64,000 bases of DNA from Candidatus Palauibacter sp. (GTDB taxonomy: Bacteria > Gemmatimonadota > Gemmatimonadetes > Palauibacterales > Palauibacteraceae), in assembly GCF_965222475.1 (NCBI RefSeq), contig NZ_CBDCUB010000001.1:1002982-1066981 (forward strand), written 5' to 3'. A program made the position numbers and the translations under genes. Below the pieces are notes generated by a model, which saw only the letters and a program-made list of their open reading frames with translations, searched no databases and was not told the DNA's origin. Shown in pieces: positions 58,076-64,000 of the stretch (positions are counted from its first letter, which is position 1; every line of letters starts with the position of its first letter).

Positions 58076-58804
58076 TCACAGGAACCACGCCACACAGGCG
58101 ACGATCAGGCTCGCCAGCGCGACCCGCGAGATGTGACGGGGCACAACATAACCACTCAGCCCCGCGCCGACCGCCACCCCCACGATCCACGGCGACGGCG
58201 CGCCCCCCGGGACGCGTGCGACGAGGAGGGCGGCGAGGGCGCCGATGAGCACCTGGCTGGCGAGGACGAGGACGCGCGCAAGCCTCCGGAAAGGAACTCT
58301 CCTCAGCGCGGCGCCCACGCCGCGGCCCGCCTCCCATCCGCACCGCAACCCCCAGAGCCGGAGCGCGAAGTGCCCGAGGTTGTACACGACGAGGAAGCCG
58401 GCGGCCGCCGTGACGGCGTCGGATCCGAGGAGGAAGGCGATGGCCGCGGCGGTGGCGCAGAAGGGGCGCCAGCCCGCCCACACCGTTTCGTCTCCCAGCG
58501 CCCCGAGGGGCGCCCGCAACGCAGAGCGGAAGCGCAGCAGAGTGTCGGGATCTTCACCCTCGTGCTCGAGGCGCGCCAGGGCTCCGATTGCGACGGGAGC
58601 CAGGTAGGGGTGGGCGTTGAACGGGCTGGCGTGACGTTCGAGCGCCGCGTCGAGGGCAGCCGGGTCATCCGCGTGGATCCGCGTCAGGAGCGGCGAGAGG
58701 GCGAAGGCCATCCCGGGTCCGGTCATCGTGCGGTGGTTCCACGACCCCTGGATCGAAAAGCTGCGCAACAGAGCCCGGGCAAAGTCCCGGCGTCGCGGCC
58801 TCAC
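58076..58804 (-). CDS. PTS mannose/sorbose-family EIID component
   Basis: RSFSIQGSWNHRTM N-terminal EIID signature; GTG overlaps EIIC stop. Confidence 0.7.
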   Translation of the reverse strand: MRPRRRDFARALLRSFSIQGSWNHRTMTGPGMAFALSPLLTRIHADDPAALDAALERHASPFNAHPYLAPVAIGALARLEHEGEDPDTLLRFRSALRAPLGALGDETVWAGWRPFCATAAAIAFLLGSDAVTAAAGFLVVYNLGHFALRLWGLRCGWEAGRGVGAALRRVPFRRLARVLVLASQVLIGALAALLVARVPGGAPSPWIVGVAVGAGLSGYVVPRHISRVALASLIVACVAWFL

Positions 58805-59499
58805 GCGAGGACTCCCGCGAGCAGGGCGCCGAGCAGCCCGCCCGCTGCCAGGCCCGGCCAGTCGCGTCGCCGGGTGCCGAGCGCGCGCGCGGCAACCCCG
58901 CCCATGCCGGCCAGGCCGATCGCGGCGAGGGCCGGCGACCACGCGAGGCCGAAGCTGCCGGGCGGCTGCGTCGAGAGGAGGCGCACGAAGAGCACGGATG
59001 GCACGAGCAACGAGGCGACGAGGAGCCCCCCCCGGGCCGCGTCCATCAGCATGGCCAGCCTGTGGCGCCGTGCGAGCGCGGCCGCGCCCGCGCGGGCGCG
59101 GCTCGACGAGGCCGCGAGGCGAGCCGTCGCGACCCGGAGCACGGTCACCGAGTACGCTCCGGCCCAGCCGATCGCCCAGCCGCAGACGACGGCGGCCGGC
59201 ACCCCGATGACCGCACCGGTCTGGGCAATCCCGTACGCGGCGCCGGCCGTGAAGGCCGCCGGCCCGGTCTCGGCGTGCCGCGCGCCTCCGAACGGCGGGT
59301 GGCGGGACAGGACGAGTTCGAGCCAGGTGCCGACGAGGAACCCGCCGGCGGGGGCACCGAAGAGGAGCCCGCCCAGCGTGGCCGCCACGATCGGCCGTGA
59401 CCACATCACCTGGGGCCAGGACACCGCATCCAGACCGACGATGCTCCCCAGGGCGCAGGCGAGCAGCCAGTCCCCGAGCGAGAGTTCGATGCCCATCAT
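58801..59499 (-). CDS. PTS mannose/sorbose-family EIIC component
   Basis: 232 aa multi-TM; ATG overlaps EIIB stop. Confidence 0.7.
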   Translation of the reverse strand: MMGIELSLGDWLLACALGSIVGLDAVSWPQVMWSRPIVAATLGGLLFGAPAGGFLVGTWLELVLSRHPPFGGARHAETGPAAFTAGAAYGIAQTGAVIGVPAAVVCGWAIGWAGAYSVTVLRVATARLAASSSRARAGAAALARRHRLAMLMDAARGGLLVASLLVPSVLFVRLLSTQPPGSFGLAWSPALAAIGLAGMGGVAARALGTRRRDWPGLAAGGLLGALLAGVLA

Positions 59500-59975
59500 C
59501 GGGGCTCGAGATCCCTGAGCGGCACCTCGCGTGCCGTGGGCACGTCCCGGGCGGACACGACGCCGTGGCGGCCGATGGCCTTCAGATCCTCGAATTCGTC
59601 GCGGGATAGATGGAGGTAGTCGAGGACCTTCCGCCGTCCCGGTCCGTCGTGCAGGCCGCCGACGTTGACCGCCCGGCCGTCGAGGCAGCCGCACTCCGCC
59701 AGCGCCCGCATGGTGGCCGTATCCCGCGTCAGCAGAGCGCCCCGCCCCGGGCGCGCCTCGAGTTCCGCGAAGCGCCGCGCGGTCTCCAGCGCCGGAAGGA
59801 ACTCCGCGGTCGCCTCCCCGCCCAGCGCGCTGGCCCAGATCTCCTGCTCCCAGTCGCTCGCGGCGAGGACCTCGTCCACGATAACGTAGAATTGGAGCCC
59901 GAGGCGGTTGCCCCAGCCGACGATCACCTGGCCATGGATCAGCCGTTCGTCGATTCGGAAGAGTTTGAAGGGCAT
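59496..59975 (-). CDS. PTS mannose/sorbose-family EIIB component
   Basis: FRIDERLIHGQV...W phospho-His region. Confidence 0.75.
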   Translation of the reverse strand: MPFKLFRIDERLIHGQVIVGWGNRLGLQFYVIVDEVLAASDWEQEIWASALGGEATAEFLPALETARRFAELEARPGRGALLTRDTATMRALAECGCLDGRAVNVGGLHDGPGRRKVLDYLHLSRDEFEDLKAIGRHGVVSARDVPTAREVPLRDLEPR

Positions 59976-59990
59976 GCGCTTCTCCCGGAC

Positions 59991-60386
59991 TCAGCCCGTC
60001 CGGGAGAAGCCCGGGTGGGCCTGCTGCCCGCCCTGCCCCTTTCGGAGCAACCGGGCGACAAGGACGTCGAGCGGCAACTCCCGGTGGCAGACGAAGTCCA
60101 GCAGCATGGGGAGGTTGACGCCGGTGATGCAGGCGGCATCCCGGTTCTCCCTCACATGCCTGAAGCCTGCCACGGCGCAGCTTCCTCCGGCGAGGTCGAC
60201 GAAGAGGAGTGTCCCGTCGCTCCCGGCCGCCTCCCGGATGACCTCGCACAGCGCATCCGGCCCCAGCCCTTCGTTACTCACGGGTCGCAGCGCGCCGGTC
60301 ACCCCGCTGATCGTCTCCACCGCGGCCACCAGGGCGGGAGCCAGCTCCGCGTGCGCCACGACCACGCCCCGGACGCCCTCACTCAT
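59991..60386 (-). CDS. PTS mannose-family EIIA component
   Basis: VVVAHAELAPALVAAVETISG ... LFVDLAGGS EIIA-Man fold pattern. Confidence 0.7.
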   Translation of the reverse strand: MSEGVRGVVVAHAELAPALVAAVETISGVTGALRPVSNEGLGPDALCEVIREAAGSDGTLLFVDLAGGSCAVAGFRHVRENRDAACITGVNLPMLLDFVCHRELPLDVLVARLLRKGQGGQQAHPGFSRTG

Positions 60387-61335
60387 CGTCGGATTCGAGG
60401 TAGTCCCGCACCGGCCGCATGCGCTCGATGAGATCCCGTTCGAAGGCCGTCGCCGGGTCTTCCCCCGAGTACCGGAGGAGGTGGTTCATCGCCACCACCT
60501 CGGCGATGACCGTGATGTTCTTGCCCGGATTCAGAGGGATCCGGATTCTCGGCAGCTTCACACCCAGGATCTCGCACTCCTCCGTCTCGAGACCGGTCCG
60601 GTCGTAGTCGTCGCGCGACCCCCAGACCTCGAGTTCAACCACGACTTCGATCCGCTTCTGCTGCCGCACCGCCCGGATCCCGAACATCGCCCTCACATCG
60701 ATGATCCCGACCCCGCGGATCTCCATGTGATGGCGCTGGTGCTCGTGGGCCCGCCCGAGGAGAATGTCGCTCTGCCGTCGATGGACGAGGATGAGGTCGT
60801 CGGCGACGAGCCGGTGCCCGCGCTCGACGAGGTCGAGAACGCACTCGCTCTTCCCGATGCCGGATGGGCCCGTGAAGAGAAGGCCGATCCCGTACACGTC
60901 GGCGAGTGACCCGTGGATGGAGGTCCGGGGCGCGAACTCTTCCTCGAGGTAGGGCTGCAGCCGCCGATAGAAGTCACCGGTCTTGAGCGGCGTCTCCAGG
61001 AGCGTGACACCCGCGGAATCGGCTGCCGCCAGCAACTGTCGCGGCGGTTCCTGGCTCTTGGTGACGAAGGCGCACGGCACGCCGGAGCGGAAGACGAACT
61101 CGAGCGCGGAGGCGCGCTTGGACGCGGTCAAACTGTTGAGATAGGCGACCTCGGTCTGGCCGAAGATCTGGACGCGTTTCGCGACGAAGCGCTCGGTGTA
61201 TCCGGCCAGCGCCAGCCCCGGCGAAGAGACTTCCGGCACGCGGATCTCCCGTTCCAGCCCGGACTCCCCCGCGAGGACCGCGAGGGAAAAGGCCTCCTTC
61301 TTGCGCCGCAGGAGCGACGCCACGGTGAGCGTCAC
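60379..61335 (-). CDS. hprK: HPr kinase/phosphorylase
   Basis: Walker A GPSGIGKSE; HprK C-terminal domain layout. Confidence 0.8.
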   Translation of the reverse strand: MTLTVASLLRRKKEAFSLAVLAGESGLEREIRVPEVSSPGLALAGYTERFVAKRVQIFGQTEVAYLNSLTASKRASALEFVFRSGVPCAFVTKSQEPPRQLLAAADSAGVTLLETPLKTGDFYRRLQPYLEEEFAPRTSIHGSLADVYGIGLLFTGPSGIGKSECVLDLVERGHRLVADDLILVHRRQSDILLGRAHEHQRHHMEIRGVGIIDVRAMFGIRAVRQQKRIEVVVELEVWGSRDDYDRTGLETEECEILGVKLPRIRIPLNPGKNITVIAEVVAMNHLLRYSGEDPATAFERDLIERMRPVRDYLESDDE

Positions 61336-61679
61336 CCGGTCGCGCCGTCGCGGTCGAACGGACCGCCGAAGAGCTCGTCCATGGGGGGGGCCGCGTGTTC
61401 ATGGTAGCGGTCGTGATTGCGGCGCAGCTGGTTGCCCAGCTTCTCCGTGAGCCGGTCCAGCGCCGTGCGCGGATCCGGCCCCTCGGCCTCGCCGTGCACG
61501 GGCCGTCCCCGGTCGACGCTGACCACGGCTGCGGCCCGCACCGACATCTTCTCGCGCGTGAACACGATTTCGGCTCTCGAGGCGCGCGGCTCGAAACGCT
61601 CCAGGCGCTGGAAGCGCGCCTCGATGACGTCGCGAAGGTCCGACACATCCGTGTTGCGCGCGGTGATGATGGTTTTCAT
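61332..61679 (-). CDS. hpf: ribosome hibernation promoting factor
   Basis: 115 aa; RaiA/HPF beta-alpha-beta-beta-beta-alpha pattern, classic hpf-ptsN/hprK neighbourhood. Confidence 0.8.
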   Translation of the reverse strand: MKTIITARNTDVSDLRDVIEARFQRLERFEPRASRAEIVFTREKMSVRAAAVVSVDRGRPVHGEAEGPDPRTALDRLTEKLGNQLRRNHDRYHEHAAPPMDELFGGPFDRDGATG

Positions 61680-62701
61680 CGATCCTCATCAGGGTTGTCG
61701 ATTGTGTGGTAAAGGTGCGCTTCGGTCTCGTCCGCTGCACGGGACCACGAGAAACGGGCGGCGTGCGCGATACCACCCTTCCCCAGCCGGTCGCGCGTGG
61801 CCGGGTCCCCCAGAACCCGCAGGAGCGCCTGCGTCCACGACTCGACGTCTCCGTGCCGCGCGAGGAGTCCCGATCTTCCCTCGTCGACGGACTCGCGCAA
61901 CCCCTGTGAATCGCTCGCGACCACCGGCGTCCCGCAGGCGGCGGCTTCCACATTGGTCATCCCCCACCCTTCCTTCGGCGAAGGATAGACCACGGCCCAC
62001 GCCCGGCGCAGCCAGCCCACCTTCTCCTCCTCCGAGACGTACCCCAGAAGGCGCACGTCCTTCCCCGACTTCCCCGGCGAACAACGGGCCGCGAGTCGCC
62101 GGAGCCGGGCCTCGTCGCTGCCGCGCCCGGCGATCACGAGCCTGACCCCGGGGATCCGCTGCCGCAGCCGGGGGAGGACATCGAACAGGATATCGAGGCC
62201 CTTGTATCGCTTCAGCCGTCCCACATAGAGCAGCGTCGGCTCTTCCGCACGATCCCGCGGGGTCCCGGGACGATACGTGCCGTGGTCCATGCCGGGGGGG
62301 ATGACGGTGATGTCGCGCGCGAGCAGGCCGCGCTTCGTGAGATCGAGCGCGGTGCTCTCCGAGATGGCCTGGAAGGGACAACGCCGGTAGACGCGCGGGA
62401 TCGCGCGTTCCGCCGCCCACACCGCGGCCGCAACGGGAAAACGCGCCTCCGCGAAGGCGGTCGCGCCGAAGAGATGCGGGACGAGCGCGACCACGGGCAC
62501 GCCGGCCCACAGCGGCGAATAGAGCGGAATCTTGTTGATATCCTCGACCACGAGGTCCGGCGCGAAGCTCCGCACGGTGCGGACGGCCGCCCTCCGGGCC
62601 CGCGCCGCATAGCTGTACCGGCCCCCGACGCGCTCGACTTCGATTCCGTCCAGCCTCGCGAAGCGCGGCGCCCCGGGCCACCCTCCGACGACGGCGCGCA
62701 C
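61676..62701 (-). CDS. GT4-family glycosyltransferase (N-terminus probably extends upstream; no canonical start)
   Basis: C-terminal E..........G.P.V.S GT1/GT4 motif (EGWGMTNVEAAACGTPVVASD); in-frame upstream RILLLNWQDRENPEAGGAELHLHEV looks like a genuine GT4 N-terminus. Confidence 0.6.
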   Translation of the reverse strand: MRAVVGGWPGAPRFARLDGIEVERVGGRYSYAARARRAAVRTVRSFAPDLVVEDINKIPLYSPLWAGVPVVALVPHLFGATAFAEARFPVAAAVWAAERAIPRVYRRCPFQAISESTALDLTKRGLLARDITVIPPGMDHGTYRPGTPRDRAEEPTLLYVGRLKRYKGLDILFDVLPRLRQRIPGVRLVIAGRGSDEARLRRLAARCSPGKSGKDVRLLGYVSEEEKVGWLRRAWAVVYPSPKEGWGMTNVEAAACGTPVVASDSQGLRESVDEGRSGLLARHGDVESWTQALLRVLGDPATRDRLGKGGIAHAARFSWSRAADETEAHLYHTIDNPDEDR

Positions 62702-62829
62702 CTCGTGCCGCCGGTCCGCGAGGCGGCCGTAGACCTCGTGCAGGTGGAGTTCGGCTCCTCCAGCCTCCGGGTTCTCCCGATCCTGCCAGTTGAGGAGGAG
62801 GATCCGGAGCGGTCGAGCCCCGGGGTCGC

Positions 62830-63264
62830 TCAGGGCTCGACCTCTCCCGCCTTCAGGACCGCGTCGAGGACCCCGTTCAGGAAACGGGGGCTCCCGGGGC
62901 TCCCGTACCGGTGCGCCAGCTTCAGGGCCTCGTGGATCGTCACCCTGGGCGGCACATCGTCGAACCAGCGCAGTTCGGCGATCCCGATGCGAAGGATGTT
63001 TCGATCGATGGCGTGCAGGCGATCGAGTCGCCAGTTGGAGGCGTGCTGCACGATCGCGGCGTCGATCTCGGCGAGGTTTCGGCCCACCGCATCGAGCAGG
63101 CGCTCGACATGGGGCCGGTAGCGCTCGGACATCGTGCGGTGCGCCAGCGTCCGCTGCGCGTACGCCAGCGGCGTCCCGTCGCCGCCGATTTCCCAGGCGT
63201 AGAGCAGGTTCAGCGTCCAGCTGCGCGACCGCGAGCGGACGTGTGTACGAGCGGGGCGCGTCAC
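62830..63264 (-). CDS. nusB: transcription antitermination factor NusB
   Basis: 144 aa, NusB helical motifs, ribH-nusB synteny. Confidence 0.8.
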   Translation of the reverse strand: MTRPARTHVRSRSRSWTLNLLYAWEIGGDGTPLAYAQRTLAHRTMSERYRPHVERLLDAVGRNLAEIDAAIVQHASNWRLDRLHAIDRNILRIGIAELRWFDDVPPRVTIHEALKLAHRYGSPGSPRFLNGVLDAVLKAGEVEP

Positions 63265-63743
63265 GCGTTCAGCCGGCGGCGGAGAGCGGCCATCTCCAGC
63301 GCCGCCCGGGCCGCATCCACGCCCGCGTTCCCGAGTTCGCCGCCGGCTCGGGCCAGCGCCTGCTCGAGGTTGTCGGGCGTGAGGACGCCGAAGCCCACCG
63401 GGACGCCCGTGTCCAGCTGCACCCGCGCGAGGCCGTCGGCGGCCCCTCGGCTCACGTGGTCGAAATGCGCCGTCTCGCCGCGGATCACGCAGCCCAGGGC
63501 CACGATCGCATCATAGCCGCGCACGGCCGCTTCGCGAGCGGCGAAGGGCAGTTCCCACGCCCCCGGCACGAACACGGTGTCGAGGTGTTCCGCCGCCACG
63601 CCCCGCTCGACGAGGGTCCGCGCGGCGCCTTCCAGCAATCGTTCGGTCACCGCGGAGTTGAAGCGGCTCACGATGACGCAGACCCGCCGTCCGACACCGT
63701 CGACCGCCGGGTCGCCGGGGGGAGCGTCCGACTTCGTCCTCAC
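63261..63743 (-). CDS. ribH: 6,7-dimethyl-8-ribityllumazine synthase
   Basis: VIVSRFN ... VPGAWELP ... [14 protein letters not shown]. Confidence 0.85.
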   Translation of the reverse strand: MRTKSDAPPGDPAVDGVGRRVCVIVSRFNSAVTERLLEGAARTLVERGVAAEHLDTVFVPGAWELPFAAREAAVRGYDAIVALGCVIRGETAHFDHVSRGAADGLARVQLDTGVPVGFGVLTPDNLEQALARAGGELGNAGVDAARAALEMAALRRRLNA

Positions 63744-64000
63744 GCGGACCCGGAGAGGTGTCCCAGCTTCTTGCGCTTGGCCTCGAGATAGGGGATCACG
63801 CGATCGTCGACGGGGCCGAGGTCCAGAGGGATGCGGTCGCTGATCACGAGACCGAAGCCCTCCAATCCGGCCAGCTTCTTTGGGTTGTTCGTCATGATCC
63901 GAATCGAATGAAGGCCGAGATCGGCGAGGATCTGCGCGCCGATGCCGTAGTTCCGGAGATCGGGCGGGAAGCCGAGAGCCTCGTTCGCCTCGACCGTGTC
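63740..64000 (-). CDS. ribBA: bifunctional DHBP synthase / GTP cyclohydrolase II, C-terminal fragment (5' end outside window)
   Basis: Reverse translation ends ...[35 protein letters not shown]...[19 protein letters not shown]; GTGA overlap with ribH start. Confidence 0.7.
   Translation of the reverse strand, partial: DTVEANEALGFPPDLRNYGIGAQILADLGLHSIRIMTNNPKKLAGLEGFGLVISDRIPLDLGPVDDRVIPYLEAKRKKLGHLSGSA

Noticed and set aside
1-64000. CRISPR arrays, prophage or transposon content
   Set aside because: No direct-repeat/spacer periodicity, transposase, integrase or phage structural motifs were seen. tRNA-Pro, tRNA-Sec and tmRNA are common integration targets, but none has an adjacent integrase or a duplicated 3' end.

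Overview
This is a GC-rich bacterial chromosomal window with very dense coding, mostly on the minus strand, and many 4-nt ATGA/GTGA start-stop overlaps. I found no transposase, integrase or CRISPR array. Gene content and style suggest a Gemmatimonadota/FCB-like Gram-negative, but that is inference only. All domain calls rest on motif recognition by eye, not on database searches.

Features in order along the window:
- hutI.
- A minus-strand signalling operon from 9236 down to 1329: a TLC/MFS-like transporter fused to HEAT repeats and a cNMP-binding domain, an orphan REC, a sensor-less histidine kinase, a secreted unknown protein, a metallophosphoesterase and an NHL-repeat lipoprotein.
- tRNA-Pro, rdgB and a membrane protein.
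- A large minus-strand respiratory super-cluster from 28857 down to 10992.
- A small membrane protein, an HmuY-like protein and hemC.
- An atypical Mrp antiporter operon in the order mrpE-F-G-B-B'-C-D-D'-D''.
- Outer-membrane biogenesis genes: an LptE-like lipoprotein, a lipoprotein, ybgC and lpxH.
- tRNA-Sec, ridA, mlaEFD, greA, tmRNA and ptsN.
- selB, recO and a lipoprotein.
- A cobalamin riboswitch followed by btuFCD.
- A bifunctional-nuclease-domain protein and metK.
- A PTS regulatory cluster: EI, HPr, a mannose-family EIIDCBA, hprK and hpf.
- A GT4 glycosyltransferase, nusB, ribH and a partial ribBA.

The respiratory super-cluster, read in transcription order from 28857 down:
- apbC, a zinc-ribbon plus PCP_red protein and a ferredoxin.
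- A CcmA/CcmB-like heme-exporter pair.
- A tandem-USP plus PCP_red protein.
- A NirJ/AhbD-family radical SAM/SPASM enzyme with a C-terminal PCP_red domain.
- A CydA-like protein that lacks a Q-loop and has no CydB partner.
- Three c-type cytochrome genes, one with an EB_dh-like domain that appears split across two ORFs.
- A cupredoxin lipoprotein.
- caa3-type ctaCDEF, ctaB and a small membrane protein.

The most interesting candidate is the heme-modification and trafficking module (radical SAM, CcmAB-like pair, ferredoxin, ApbC and three PCP_red-domain proteins) lying directly upstream of the cytochrome-c-associated bd-family oxidase.
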